A stretch of DNA of 64,000 nucleotides, taken from NCBI GenBank assembly GCA_040389905.1, contig JAZJZK010000020.1:64001-128000 (forward strand), in the 5' to 3' direction. Shown here in pieces: positions 1 to 10,054 of the stretch. Source of the DNA: Gemmatimonadota bacterium. Lineage in GTDB: Bacteria; Gemmatimonadota; Gemmatimonadetes; Gemmatimonadales; Gemmatimonadaceae. Within the stretch, counting starts at the first letter, position 1. Every line of letters begins with the position of its first letter. The translations under genes were made by a program, and so were the position numbers. The notes under the pieces were generated by a model. The model was not told where the DNA came from and made no database searches. It was given only the letters and a program-made list of their open reading frames with translations.

Positions 1-161
1 GTCGATGCCTTCATGAAGATCATCGCCAGCGTCTTGCCGTCCAGCGGCTTGGCGGTGTATTCGCCGCGGCGCATGCGTTCGGCAAGGAGGAACAACGCCT
101 CGAGCTCCGAGGCGGAAAAATCGGGAATCGCGAGAAAGTCGCGATGCGGTCGGTCGGCCAT
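1..161 (-). CDS. argF: Ornithine carbamoyltransferase, N-terminal part (runs off window start)
   Basis: Manual translation from ATG at 161: MADRPHRDFLAIPDFSASELEALFLLAERMRRGEYTAKPLDGKTLAMIFMKAS. This matches the RDFL...GKTLAMIFxKxS(TRT) start of OTCases and lies directly downstream of hslU. Confidence 0.8.
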   Translation of the reverse strand, partial: MADRPHRDFLAIPDFSASELEALFLLAERMRRGEYTAKPLDGKTLAMIFMKAS

Positions 162-162
162 G

Positions 163-1650
163 TTAGAGAATGTACTTCCGCAGGTCCTCGTCTTCCACAA
201 TGGACTTGAGCTTCTCCCGAACGGCTTCGGCATTCACGACGATCTTCTTCACAGAGGGATCGGGAAGATCGAAGAGCGAGTCCTCGAGCTGCGTCGTCAT
301 CACGGTGTGCAACCGCCGCGCACCGATGTTCTCCATGCGGGAGTTGACGGTCGCGGCAATCTTCGCGATCTCCGCGATGCCGTCTTCCGTGAACTCCAGC
401 GTCGCCCCGTCGGCGGCGACGAGTGCCGCGTACTGCTTGGTGAGTGCGTTCTCCGGCTCCGTCATGATGCGCACGAAGTCCGCCTCGGTGAGCGATTTGA
501 GCTCGACGCGGATGGGAAAGCGGCCCTGTAACTCCGGAATGAGGTCCGACGGTTTCGACACGTGAAAGGCGCCGGCCGCCACGAAGAGGATGTGATCGGT
601 CTTCACCATTCCATACTTCGTCTGCACGTTCGAGCCTTCGACGATTGGCAGGAGGTCGCGCTGCACGCCTTCGCGCGACACATCCGGCCCGCCCATCTGG
701 CTCTTCTCACCGGCGATCTTGTCGATCTCGTCGAGGAAGACGATGCCGAGTGTCTCGACGCGTTCGAGTGCGTCGGCGGTAACGTCTTCCATGTCGACCA
801 ACTTGTCGAACTCTTGCTCCAGTAGGATGCGCCGCGCCTCGGATACCTTGACCGTGCGCTTCTTCTTGCGCTGCGGCATCATGTTCTGGAGCATCTCGGT
901 GAAGTTGCCCATGCTCTCCGGCGCACCCTGCGACGCGAACATGTCGAACATCGGCCCACCGCTCGGCGTCACTTCGATTTCGACTTCGCGCTGGTCGAGT
1001 TGTCCGTCGAGCAGGAGTTGTCTCAGCTTGTCGCGCGTGCGCTTGTAGCGCTCCATGGCCGCGTCAGGCGAGCCTTCCTGCATGACGTCGCCGCTGCTCG
1101 AGACGACGAAGACGCCACCAATGTCGCCGGCCGAGGCAAGGGTCGGCTCGGGTGCGGGCTCCTCGGGCGCGGCCTTCGCGGCGTCGGCGGGCGGCGTCGG
1201 CGGCGGCAGCAGGAGGTCGAGGAGCAGGTCGTCGACCCGCTCGTTCGCGAGATCCTCGACTTCGCTCTCTCGCTCCTGGCGTACCATTTCGATAGCGCTG
1301 TCGACGAGATCGCGAATCATGCCTTCCACGTCGCGGCCAACGTAGCCGACCTCGGTGAACTTCGACGCTTCGACCTTGATGAATGGCGCGCCCGTCAACT
1401 TCGCGAGGCGACGGGCGATCTCGGTTTTGCCGACGCCCGTGGGGCCGATGAGGATGATGTTGTTCGGCGAGATCTCGTCGCGGATGGCTTCCGGCGCCTG
1501 CTGGCGGCGCCAGCGATTGCGGAGCGCAATCGCGACGGCCTTCTTGGCATCTGCCTGCCCAACGATATAGCGATCGAGCTCGGCGACGATTTGTCGCGGG
1601 GTCAAGTCGGCGAGGCGCGCGAGCGCCTGCTGCGTGCGAGGCGACGACAT
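163..1650 (-). CDS. hslU: ATP-dependent protease ATPase subunit HslU
   Basis: [17 protein letters not shown] start, Walker [13 protein letters not shown] pore motif, FLDEIDK, C-terminal DLRKYIL. Confidence 0.98.
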   Translation of the reverse strand: MSSPRTQQALARLADLTPRQIVAELDRYIVGQADAKKAVAIALRNRWRRQQAPEAIRDEISPNNIILIGPTGVGKTEIARRLAKLTGAPFIKVEASKFTEVGYVGRDVEGMIRDLVDSAIEMVRQERESEVEDLANERVDDLLLDLLLPPPTPPADAAKAAPEEPAPEPTLASAGDIGGVFVVSSSGDVMQEGSPDAAMERYKRTRDKLRQLLLDGQLDQREVEIEVTPSGGPMFDMFASQGAPESMGNFTEMLQNMMPQRKKKRTVKVSEARRILLEQEFDKLVDMEDVTADALERVETLGIVFLDEIDKIAGEKSQMGGPDVSREGVQRDLLPIVEGSNVQTKYGMVKTDHILFVAAGAFHVSKPSDLIPELQGRFPIRVELKSLTEADFVRIMTEPENALTKQYAALVAADGATLEFTEDGIAEIAKIAATVNSRMENIGARRLHTVMTTQLEDSLFDLPDPSVKKIVVNAEAVREKLKSIVEDEDLRKYIL

Positions 1651-1651
1651 G

Positions 1652-2197
1652 TCAGTTCGCCTCGAGTACGGTGATATTGGTGTTCGTGTACACGCAGATT
1701 TCGCCGGCGATCGTCAGGCTCTGCCGTACGATTTCGGCGGCGCTGAGCGTGGTGTTCGCGGCGAGGGCGCGCGCCGCGGCCAGTGCGTACGCGCCGCCCG
1801 ATCCGATCGCGAGAATGCCGTCGTCGGGCTCGATGAGCTCGCCCGTTCCGGAAATGATGTAACCGTGCGCCGCGCTCGCTACGACGAGCAGCGCTTCGAG
1901 GCGTCGGAGCACGCGGTCGCTCCGCCAGTCCTTGGCCAACTCGACCGCCGCGCGCGGCACGTTGCCAGGATATCGTTGGAGCTTCTCCTCGAACTTCTCG
2001 AAGAGCGTAAGGGCATCGGCGGCGGAGCCGGCAAAACCGGCGAGCAGCTTTCCATCACCGATGGCGCGAACCTTGTTTGCCTTGGCTTTCATGACCGTGT
2101 CGCCCACGGTCACCTGTCCATCGCCACCGAGTGCGACGGTGCCGTTCCGGCGAACGGCGAGGATGGTCGTTGCGCGGATGCGCGGGAGTTCTGACAT
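1652..2197 (-). CDS. hslV: ATP-dependent protease peptidase subunit HslV
   Basis: ATTILAVRR with catalytic Thr, [27 protein letters not shown]; adjacent to hslU. Confidence 0.98.
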   Translation of the reverse strand: MSELPRIRATTILAVRRNGTVALGGDGQVTVGDTVMKAKANKVRAIGDGKLLAGFAGSAADALTLFEKFEEKLQRYPGNVPRAAVELAKDWRSDRVLRRLEALLVVASAAHGYIISGTGELIEPDDGILAIGSGGAYALAAARALAANTTLSAAEIVRQSLTIAGEICVYTNTNITVLEAN

Positions 2198-2212
2198 GCT
2201 TGAAAGTTAGCG

Positions 2213-2620
2213 TCAGGACCGCGTTTTCTTCGAGTTGTCCTTCGGCTGGAGGGGCATGCCATTGGGCCGGGGCGCGGGCTTGGGGGTGGGCGCCGACTGT
2301 CCCGGCTCACCACGGCGGAGGCTGCCGCGGTTCACGATGCGGTCGCGGAGATAGCGCTTGTTCGCGAAACCACCCAACAGGAAGAGTACCGTTCCGGCGA
2401 TCACAGCGACCGTTCCATACTTCCAGGTATCCCGACCGATCAGCGCTGCGGCCATGCAGAGGACGGCAATGCCGATACAGGCTTCTCCGGGAATGCTGCG
2501 TTCGGTTCGCGCGCGTCGGCGACGGTCGCTGCCGAATGGGATGTCTTCGGGGAGCCATGCGTCGGCGAGAATCGCCAGCCCCATGAGGGCGACGATGGCA
2601 CCGATGATCAGGGGGATCAT
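2213..2620 (-). CDS. Small hypothetical membrane protein (about 3 TM segments)
   Basis: From ATG 2620 (MIPLIIGAIVALMGLAILADAW...), three hydrophobic stretches and a basic, Pro-rich tail. The upstream ORF extension runs into a hairpin element and is discounted. Confidence 0.65.
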   Translation of the reverse strand: MIPLIIGAIVALMGLAILADAWLPEDIPFGSDRRRRARTERSIPGEACIGIAVLCMAAALIGRDTWKYGTVAVIAGTVLFLLGGFANKRYLRDRIVNRGSLRRGEPGQSAPTPKPAPRPNGMPLQPKDNSKKTRS

Positions 2621-2700
2621 TTCAACTCGAAACACGCAAGCTCCAGCGGCCGGGTGCTGTCGTATCAAAGCGATCTTCGTGCCTGACTGCGGCACGCTCA

Positions 2701-2862
2701 CCTGCGGCTCGCTTGACGGCTCGCTCACCGCGTTCGCTGGACAGGTGACTGCCCGCTCGCTTACGCTCGCTTGACGGAAACTGCATACGTCTGCCGTTTT
2801 ACCGTCGAGCGAGGTGCCGCGCACCGAGCGGGCTGTCCAGCGAGCCGCAGGCGAGCGAGCCG
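2701..2862. repeat. Long imperfect intergenic inverted repeat (MITE/REP-like hairpin)
   Basis: cgctggacag pairs with ctgtccagcg, gcccgctcg (2751) with cgagcgggc (2825), ctcgcttgacgg with ccgtcgagcgag, cggctcgctc with gagcgagccg. Confidence 0.7.
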
Positions 2863-2865
2863 TTG

Positions 2866-4650
2866 TTACTCGAGGAGTGAGCCAAACACCGCGTCGGATT
2901 GGATGCCGCCCTCTATCGCCTCGAGGGCCTTCTCAATCTCCGCGCGCGACCACCGAACGGCCGCGCGATACAACATGCGATAGCCCACGACGGTGAGCCC
3001 CACCAACCCGAGGCCTGTCGACACCGCAGGAATGCCGACCGCCAGAATGGAGAGTACCGCGAAGGTCTTCGTCGTAACCGTCGCGGCGACCAGCGAACCG
3101 GCCGCTCCGACGAGGCCACTGATGGCGCCCGACGCGTACACATTGCGACGGATGCCCGGCCGGAGGTCGCAGAACACCGTGACCTCGGTCGAGCCAGCGT
3201 CGCCCGACAACGCGCGCATGGTGACCTGAAGCTGCGTGGCTTCCAGCGCATTCCGAGTGTGATACCACTCAGAAATGTACCCGCCATCGGCATTCATTTT
3301 CGCCTTGGGGGGAAGGTCGAACACAAGGACGCCGCTATCGAGTGGGTGCCCGCCAAGGGGTGCGCGCGGCATGAGTGACCATGGCGCTGCGCGCCACACG
3401 CTGCCCATTGCGCGCAACACGCGCGCGGGCGGCGCGTGGATCACCCGCGTAACCGAAAAGCTCTTGTCATTCGTGCCGAGCATCATCGATGCATGGCGCT
3501 CGGTACGGTCGACATCGTGAGGTTCTGTGACGACGGGCGCTCCCCGCGCATTGCGCGGCATCTCGGCGAGTGCGAGATCGATGAACTGAGCCGAGATCCC
3601 TGCCTCGACGGCGGCCTGCCGCACTCGTTCGATGGGATGTCCGCTTCCGGGGGTTGGATGCGAGCCGGAGTTCACCACGAGCGCCGAGTTCGCGCGTCGG
3701 GTATCGATTCGCGAGAGCGTCTCCGCCTGCAATTGCGCCGCGCGGCGCCAGAGCGCCTCCGCTGCACGCTCGGAGATGATGGTATCGCCTCTGCTTTCTT
3801 CCTCACGCGAGTGTTGCGATGCCGTGTCCAATGCCTTGGAGAGCGCCTCCGCGAGCGCCTCACCACTCGCATAGCGCGCGTCGGGGTTCTTTGCGAGGCA
3901 GCGATCGACGACGGCACCGATCGCCTGCGGCACGTTCGGCGCCACGGCACAGAGGGCCGGCGCCGGCCGCGTGACGTTCGCGACGAGGACGGCGTGTGCT
4001 GCGAGCCCGTCGAAAGGCAGGCGTCCGCTCAGCAGGTAGAAGGCGACGACGCCGAGTGCGTACAGATCGCTGCGTCCATCCAGCGCGTCGCCGCTCGACT
4101 GCTCGGGTGACATGTAGTGGACGGTACCGAGGACGTTGCCGGTGGCGGTCAGGTTCTCAGCGTTGAGATCGCGCGCGATACCAAAATCCGTCACGATGGC
4201 GCGGCCCGTCGCTCGCTCGACGAGGATGTTCTCAGGTTTTACATCGCGATGAATCACTCCGCGCGCGTGAGCGTAGGCGAGCGCCCATGCGACGTCGCGC
4301 AGCCACGGAATGACGTCACCCGGCGGAAGTGGCCCACGCGCCGCGACGCGCTCTGCGAGACTCTCACCGTCCACGTACCCCATGATGAAGTAGGCACGTC
4401 CATCCGTGTCCGCTGCGCCGTGAATGGGAATGATGTTCGGGTGCGAGAGTTGCGCCGCCGTGCGCGCTTCACGAAGAAAGCGCGTGCGCGAATCGTCCGA
4501 TGCATGCGCGGGGAGAAACTTGATCGCGACAAGGCGATCGAGGCGGCGGTCGCGCGCGAGCACCACCACCCCCATTCCGCCACGTCCGAGCTCGCGCACA
4601 AGATCGAACTCTCGCGCGATGGCGGATCGCAGGTCGTCGATCTCGTCCAT
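2866..4650 (-). CDS. Hanks-type Ser/Thr protein kinase with C-terminal membrane-anchored domain
   Basis: LGRGGMGVV, VAIK, HRDVKPEN, DFG, GTVHYMSPEQ, SDLYALG; two hydrophobic helices near the C-terminus. Confidence 0.93.
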   Translation of the reverse strand: MDEIDDLRSAIAREFDLVRELGRGGMGVVVLARDRRLDRLVAIKFLPAHASDDSRTRFLREARTAAQLSHPNIIPIHGAADTDGRAYFIMGYVDGESLAERVAARGPLPPGDVIPWLRDVAWALAYAHARGVIHRDVKPENILVERATGRAIVTDFGIARDLNAENLTATGNVLGTVHYMSPEQSSGDALDGRSDLYALGVVAFYLLSGRLPFDGLAAHAVLVANVTRPAPALCAVAPNVPQAIGAVVDRCLAKNPDARYASGEALAEALSKALDTASQHSREEESRGDTIISERAAEALWRRAAQLQAETLSRIDTRRANSALVVNSGSHPTPGSGHPIERVRQAAVEAGISAQFIDLALAEMPRNARGAPVVTEPHDVDRTERHASMMLGTNDKSFSVTRVIHAPPARVLRAMGSVWRAAPWSLMPRAPLGGHPLDSGVLVFDLPPKAKMNADGGYISEWYHTRNALEATQLQVTMRALSGDAGSTEVTVFCDLRPGIRRNVYASGAISGLVGAAGSLVAATVTTKTFAVLSILAVGIPAVSTGLGLVGLTVVGYRMLYRAAVRWSRAEIEKALEAIEGGIQSDAVFGSLLE

Positions 4651-4661
4651 TGATCTCTTCC

Positions 4662-5609
4662 TTACGCCCTGGGGTGCGACTTCTCGTACACTTGTTTGAG
4701 GCGCTCGACGCTCGTGTGCGTGTAGATCTGCGTCGTCGAAATCGACGAGTGGCCGAGTAACTCCTGGACCGCGCGAAGATCTGCCCCGTTGTCGAGCAGG
4801 TGCGTCGCAAAGGTGTGTCGCAGCGAGTGCACGCTGAGTCCCGCGTCCTCGTCAATTTCCGAGAGGAACGCGGAAACGACCTTCTGCACCATCCGCGGAC
4901 CGATCCGTTTTCCGGTGCGCGCGAGAAAGTATGCGCTGCGCTCGCCCTTCGGCCCAACAGTGCGCAAGAGTTCGTCGCGCTTCGATTCGTAGTTCCGGAG
5001 TGCGAGCATGGCGTGATCACCAACCGGGATGATGCGCTCCTTCCTTCCCTTCCCTCGCACCTTGACCTGCTGGCTGACGAGATCCAAGTCGCCGCGGCTC
5101 AACCCCTGGAGCTCCGAGAGACGCATGCCGGTCGAATAGAACAGCTCGAGGATCGCGAGGTTCCGCACGTCGCCAAAGTTGCCTTCCATTGCGCGCAACT
5201 CGGCCATCTGAAACAACAAGTCGATCTGCGCCCGATCGAGATAGCCGGGCAGGTATTTCTCGAGCTTGGGCGCGCCAACAGCCTTCGCCGGATTCACCTC
5301 GACCATCTCGTTGCGGTGCATCCAGCGGTAAAAACTTCGCACGCCGGAAAGGGTGCGTGAGATGGTACGCTTGCCCACGCCGCGGCGCGCAAGCTGCGCG
5401 AGGAAGCCACGCATCGCGAGACGATCGACGCTCTCCCACGTCCAACGTTCGGTACCGAAGAAGCCCGACACGAACTGGACGAATTCGTGCAAGTCGCGCT
5501 CGTACGCCTTGACCGTGTGCGGAGACACGTCGCGCTCCTTGGCGAGATGTCGCAGGTACTCCTGCACATCCGAGGGCGCTTCCGTTGCTCGCTCGGACGT
5601 CATGCTCAC
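4662..5609 (-). CDS. xerC: Tyrosine recombinase XerC
   Basis: TGMRLSEL, GKGRKER, HSLRHTFATHLL, LLGH, TTQIY; conserved trmFO-xerC-hslVU context; GTGA overlap with the trmFO stop. Confidence 0.9.
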   Translation of the reverse strand: MSMTSERATEAPSDVQEYLRHLAKERDVSPHTVKAYERDLHEFVQFVSGFFGTERWTWESVDRLAMRGFLAQLARRGVGKRTISRTLSGVRSFYRWMHRNEMVEVNPAKAVGAPKLEKYLPGYLDRAQIDLLFQMAELRAMEGNFGDVRNLAILELFYSTGMRLSELQGLSRGDLDLVSQQVKVRGKGRKERIIPVGDHAMLALRNYESKRDELLRTVGPKGERSAYFLARTGKRIGPRMVQKVVSAFLSEIDEDAGLSVHSLRHTFATHLLDNGADLRAVQELLGHSSISTTQIYTHTSVERLKQVYEKSHPRA

Positions 5610-6949
5610 ACGCGCGCGCTACTCGCGAGGAGCACGTCGTCGCGCCAGCGTGTCATATGCTCGAGTGCCCGCGCGGCGAGCGCCTCCTTTTTCGCCCGCT
5701 TGTCTTTCACGCGTTTCTCGAGATCATCGACGAGCCCATAATTCGCGTTCATCGGCTGGAAGTGTCGCGGATCCGCTTCGCGCATGTAGCGGTAGAGGGC
5801 GCCCAGCATCGTCGTTGGTGGCGGCACGACAGGTTCATCGCCCGCGAGCAGGCGCGAGAGGTTGATACCGGCGAGCAACCCGGTGGCGGTGCTCTCGGTG
5901 TATCCCTCGACGCCGGTGAGCTGCCCGGCAAAGAGCGTCATCGGATCGTCGCGCAGCGCCAGGTGCGGCAGCAATGCGGCGGGCGCATTGAGATACGAGT
6001 TCCGATGGATCGAACCAAAGCGCAAGAACTCCGCGTTCTCGAGGCCGGGAATCATCCGAAACACGCGCTGCTGCTCCGGGTAGCGGAGCCGCGTTTGAAA
6101 ACCGACCAGATTCCACATGCGTCCACCGCGATCCTCCATGCGAAGCTGCACGATGGCATACGCTTCCCTGCCGGTGCGCGGGTCGGTCAATCCAACGGGC
6201 TTCATCGGCCCGAAGCGCAACGACTCGCGCCCTCGCTTCGCCATCTCCTCCGCGGGCATGCAGCCTTCGAAGTACGGCACGGCATCGAACTGGTGCGCGC
6301 TGGCCTGATCGGCCTGCGTGAGCGCATCGAGAAACAGCTCATACTGCTCGCGCGTCATCGGGCAATTGAGATAGGCGCCGTCGCCTTCGCCCTCCATCGT
6401 TTCCTTCCCGTAGCGCGACGCACGGAAGACGACGTCCAGATCGATCGAGTCGTAGTCGATGATCGGCGCGATGGCGTCATAGAAGGCCAACGACTCCACG
6501 CCAAGTCTCGATCGGATGTTTTCAGCGAGTGCCGAGGAGGTCAACGGTCCGGTCGCCACGATTCCCGGAGACGGTAGCTCCGTCGCCTCGCCACGCTCGA
6601 GCGTGATGCGCGGATGCGCGAGCACGCGTTCATGCGCCGCGGAGGAGAACACGTCGCGATCGACCGTGAGGGCACTTCCGCCGGGTACGCGCGCGCTGTC
6701 GGCGCACTCCAGGATCATCGAGCCGAGGAGGCGCATTTCCGCCTTGAGCAGGCCGTGTGCGTTGCTCGTTTCGGTGCTCTTGAAGGTGTTGGAACACACC
6801 AGTTCGGCGAGCCGGTCGGTCTTGTGGGCCTCGGTGGCGACGACGGGCCGCATTTCGTGCAGTACGACGTCGTGGCCGCGCTGCGCCAGTTGCCATGCGG
6901 CTTCGCTGCCGGCAAGTCCGCCGCCGATGATGTGAACGGGTTGGGGCAT
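5606..6949 (-). CDS. trmFO: Folate/FAD-dependent tRNA (uracil-54)-methyltransferase TrmFO
   Basis: IIGGGLAGSEAAWQLA, ELVCSN, ATGPLTS, YFEGC, FGPMKPVGL, GVEGY, FQPMN. Confidence 0.97.
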   Translation of the reverse strand: MPQPVHIIGGGLAGSEAAWQLAQRGHDVVLHEMRPVVATEAHKTDRLAELVCSNTFKSTETSNAHGLLKAEMRLLGSMILECADSARVPGGSALTVDRDVFSSAAHERVLAHPRITLERGEATELPSPGIVATGPLTSSALAENIRSRLGVESLAFYDAIAPIIDYDSIDLDVVFRASRYGKETMEGEGDGAYLNCPMTREQYELFLDALTQADQASAHQFDAVPYFEGCMPAEEMAKRGRESLRFGPMKPVGLTDPRTGREAYAIVQLRMEDRGGRMWNLVGFQTRLRYPEQQRVFRMIPGLENAEFLRFGSIHRNSYLNAPAALLPHLALRDDPMTLFAGQLTGVEGYTESTATGLLAGINLSRLLAGDEPVVPPPTTMLGALYRYMREADPRHFQPMNANYGLVDDLEKRVKDKRAKKEALAARALEHMTRWRDDVLLASSARV

Positions 6950-7008
6950 GACTGCAATCTAGCTGGCTTGGGCGAACATACGTACGAACGTGCCGGGTAG
7001 AACCACAT

Positions 7009-7203
7009 ACGTACGAGGTACGCGGACTCTGGTACCCTGACTGGCAGACAGGCCAAAAGGAGCCATCGAAAGAGCGTCGCCAATAACGCCGTTCTTGGAC
7101 CTCGGAACGGCGTTTGGCGTTGCGTCGATGCCATCCAATGTTTCGATGGCTCCTCTTGGGATGAATGCCAGTCCGGGTACAAGGTTCCAGGTACCTCGTA
7201 CGT
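7009..7203. other. 195-nt rod-like inverted repeat (candidate structured RNA or palindromic element) in the divergent intergenic region
   Basis: Nested pairings 7009-7021/7191-7203, 7032-7046/7166-7180, 7053-7071/7141-7159, 7078-7094/7104-7119. Confidence 0.75.
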
Positions 7204-7316
7204 CGGTGCATCCAACGCGACACGGCATCAAGTCCCGACCTCCACCTGCCGATGCTCATGGGTGTGGGAGCCCTGTACATTCCCCCGCCTCCCCCACGGT
7301 TTCACTCTGGATTTTG

Positions 7317-8459
7317 ATGACCGACCACCAGGGCCGACGTTTCCGCGTGGCCTACGTCCTCCTTGCCTCCGCGTTCGCGATTTCCGGCGTGGGTTGCGGC
7401 GAGCCGAGACCGTATGTCATCGGCGTCGCCCTTGACCGGAGTGCGCTCGACGGCGTCGCTGCCGCTGCGCAACGCATCAACGCGCGGGGTGGCATCGACG
7501 GGCACCGGCTCGTCATCGACACGGCATCCGGCGTGGGGGGCACCACCGCGCGCGGCGCGCTGGAGGCCGCGGAAAAGTTTGCCGCCGACCCGCGCATTCT
7601 CGCGGTCATCGGGCACTCCAACAGCGGCACCAGCCTCGCCGCCTCGCAGGTGTACAACACGAGGCACGTCGTGCAGATCTCGCCGGCCGCGACCTCTCCA
7701 CTGTACTCGGACGCTGGGCCGTACAGCTTTCGCCTCGTAGGGAGTGACGTGCATCAGGCCGCGTTTCTGGCGGGTCACATCGCGCGGAGTTCAGCCGCTC
7801 CTCGTGCCGCGATCATGTACGTGAACAACGACTATGGTCGCCCGTTGCATGATGCCGTAGTCGAGAACCTGCGCACGGCGGGAATCGTCCCCGTATACGT
7901 CTCGCCCTTTGCGCAGCGAGACTCCGCCGGTGACGCGGAGGTGCTCGACGCGCTGACACGCGCGCGCCCCACGGTGCTCATGTGGATTGGCCGCGCCTTC
8001 GACCTCCAGCGCATCGCGCGCGAGCTTCGCGTCCGGATGCCAAACCTCCTTGTGTTGGCGTCCGATGCCTTTCCGGGAGGCGGTGCGCGCCTCGATTCCG
8101 CTGGCCTGCTCGACGGGGTCCGGCACGTCCGGCTCCTGGATCTCGATCGCGCGGACACCGTTCTTGCCGGCCTTCGAGCCAGTTATCGGAAGGACGGTCG
8201 CGACATCAACGATCAGGCCGTCCTCTCCTACGACGCGGTGAATCTTCTGGCGGAGGCGATCAGAGCCATGGGCCCCGACCGCGAGCGCATTCGCGTGTGG
8301 GTCGAGCAAATCGGGATGGCGCGGCCCGTGTTCGCCGGCATCAGCGGGTCGATCGCCTTCGGACCTCAAGGTGACCGTCAGCCGCAGTACTTTCTGTACG
8401 TGATCGGGAAAAAGGACGACCGCCCGCTACCTGATTCCCTTCGACAACGCCCGCGATGA
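7317..8459 (+). CDS. LivJ/LivK-like (periplasmic binding fold type I) lipoprotein, copy 1
   Basis: Lipobox-like SGVGC, INARGGIDG, AVIGHSNSG, PYSFRL, YDAV, GISGSIAF; no ABC permease or ATPase nearby. Confidence 0.85.
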   Translation: MTDHQGRRFRVAYVLLASAFAISGVGCGEPRPYVIGVALDRSALDGVAAAAQRINARGGIDGHRLVIDTASGVGGTTARGALEAAEKFAADPRILAVIGHSNSGTSLAASQVYNTRHVVQISPAATSPLYSDAGPYSFRLVGSDVHQAAFLAGHIARSSAAPRAAIMYVNNDYGRPLHDAVVENLRTAGIVPVYVSPFAQRDSAGDAEVLDALTRARPTVLMWIGRAFDLQRIARELRVRMPNLLVLASDAFPGGGARLDSAGLLDGVRHVRLLDLDRADTVLAGLRASYRKDGRDINDQAVLSYDAVNLLAEAIRAMGPDRERIRVWVEQIGMARPVFAGISGSIAFGPQGDRQPQYFLYVIGKKDDRPLPDSLRQRPR

Positions 8460-10054
8460 CGGCCTCACGGACAGGCGCGGCTTCGGGGCGGACCCTCCGG
8501 CGAATGCTGTTGGTCGTCGCGCTGTTGACGTCATCGGCCGCGGCGGCGGCGATGTTGGGCGCCGTGTCGCTGGTCAAGTCGCTGCGCGAAAACGTGGAGC
8601 GCGACACGGAAGTCTTCATGGAAGAGCAGCGCATGGCCGACCGCATCGTCGTGCTGACGAACGAGCAACAGCTCGCGGCCTACCGCGAGCTCGAGCGACC
8701 AGGAACCGTCAACACCGCGCTGTTCAGTGCACGCGGCGACAGTGCGTATCGCGAGATGCGGCGTTACCTCTTCCACGAGCTGTCGCTGGAGGCGCGCCTT
8801 CAGGTCGAGAGCATCAAGGAAGCGCACCAGCTCTTCGAGGTCGCGGCCAATCGTTCGTTCGACCTGAGCAACGCCGGACGCACGGACGAAGCGCGCAAAC
8901 GTCTTTCCAGTCTCGATGCGCGCGCGGAGGCGCTCGACTCCGCCGTGTCGAAATTCCGCGCCGCACGCGAGCGGCAGCGCAACGAATTCCGGGCGAGCCA
9001 CGCGGTGCTGGCACAACGACTGGACCGTGCACTCCTCCTCGTTGCCGGCGCACTGGTGTTGCTCGGCATCGTTGTCGCCGTGACGCTCCTACGCCGCGTG
9101 CTGCGTCCCCTCGATCACCTCGCGACAATGGCGGGCCGCATCGCGGAGGGCGATACACTCGCTCGCGTGCCTCCACAGAATTATCGCGAGTTCGACGTCG
9201 TGGCGAACGGCTTCAATCACATGGCGGGGCGAGTCCAGGCCGCGCGCGATGAGGTCGTGGCCCAGAACCTGGAGCTGCACCAGGCGCTGGAACACTTGCG
9301 TGCCACGCAGGAAGACCTCGTTCAGCACGAGAAGTTGAGTGCCATGGGACAGATGCTCGCCGGCCTCGCACACGAGTTGAACAATCCGTTGGCGGGGATT
9401 CTTGGCATGGCCGAGGTGCTTCAGGATGAATTGGCGCGAGCACCGGAGCGCGACACCCGCGAGCTCGGCACGGAGTTCGCCGAGCCGTTGGTGCGAGAGG
9501 CCGTTCGCGCGAATGCGCTCGTGCGGAGCCTGCTCCAATTCGCGCGCAAACCCGGCGACGTTCTCGAGTCCGTGCCGCTCGGCGCCACGCTCAGCACGGC
9601 GGTCGGACTGCGCGCACATGCCTTCGCCCAACAGGGAAAGACAGTGCGCGTCGATATTCCCACCGACCTGTGCGTGATCGCGGAAGCGCAGAAGCTCCAA
9701 CAGGTGGCCGTGAACCTCATCAACAATGCGCTCGATGCCCTCGTGACCGGAGGCGGAACGGGGCTCGTGATTTCCGCAACGCATGACGGCGGCGAGTTCG
9801 TGCTCGTTGAATTCCACGATGACGGACCAGGCATCCCTGATATCGCGCTGGCATTCACCCCATTCCATACGACGAAGGCGGCCGGCAAGGGCACCGGCCT
9901 TGGCCTGGGGCTCGTGACGCGCTTCGTCAAGGAGTTTGGCGGAACGGTAAATGCGCACAACGTGACGCCACGCGGGGCATGCATCACGGTGCGTCTGCTC
10001 GTGGCACCGGAGCCGCCGTCCGAGTCGAGAAATGAGTCTGAGGAGGACAACTGA
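8456..10054 (+). CDS. Membrane sensor histidine kinase (2 TM, HAMP, HisKA, HATPase)
   Basis: EKLSAMGQMLAGLAHELNNPL H-box, NLINNA, DDGPG, GTGLGL; ATGA overlap with the upstream gene. Confidence 0.93.
   Translation: MTASRTGAASGRTLRRMLLVVALLTSSAAAAAMLGAVSLVKSLRENVERDTEVFMEEQRMADRIVVLTNEQQLAAYRELERPGTVNTALFSARGDSAYREMRRYLFHELSLEARLQVESIKEAHQLFEVAANRSFDLSNAGRTDEARKRLSSLDARAEALDSAVSKFRAARERQRNEFRASHAVLAQRLDRALLLVAGALVLLGIVVAVTLLRRVLRPLDHLATMAGRIAEGDTLARVPPQNYREFDVVANGFNHMAGRVQAARDEVVAQNLELHQALEHLRATQEDLVQHEKLSAMGQMLAGLAHELNNPLAGILGMAEVLQDELARAPERDTRELGTEFAEPLVREAVRANALVRSLLQFARKPGDVLESVPLGATLSTAVGLRAHAFAQQGKTVRVDIPTDLCVIAEAQKLQQVAVNLINNALDALVTGGGTGLVISATHDGGEFVLVEFHDDGPGIPDIALAFTPFHTTKAAGKGTGLGLGLVTRFVKEFGGTVNAHNVTPRGACITVRLLVAPEPPSESRNESEEDN

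Noticed and set aside
1652..2197. N-terminal extension before the HslV catalytic Thr
   Set aside because: Short propeptide-like leaders are common in HslV outside enterobacteria
4662..5609. Tyrosine recombinase as an island or prophage integrase, or as the invertase for E1/E2
   Set aside because: Sequence and trmFO/hslVU context indicate housekeeping XerC; nothing in the sequence links it to the island or the palindromes
7009..7203. 6S RNA or retron msr-msd
   Set aside because: No recognisable 6S motifs or large symmetric central bubble, and no reverse transcriptase in the window; kept only as an unidentified hairpin
6959..7316. Small ORFs and the 7095 TTG extension of the binding protein
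   Set aside because: They coincide with the hairpin; the signal peptide begins at ATG 7317
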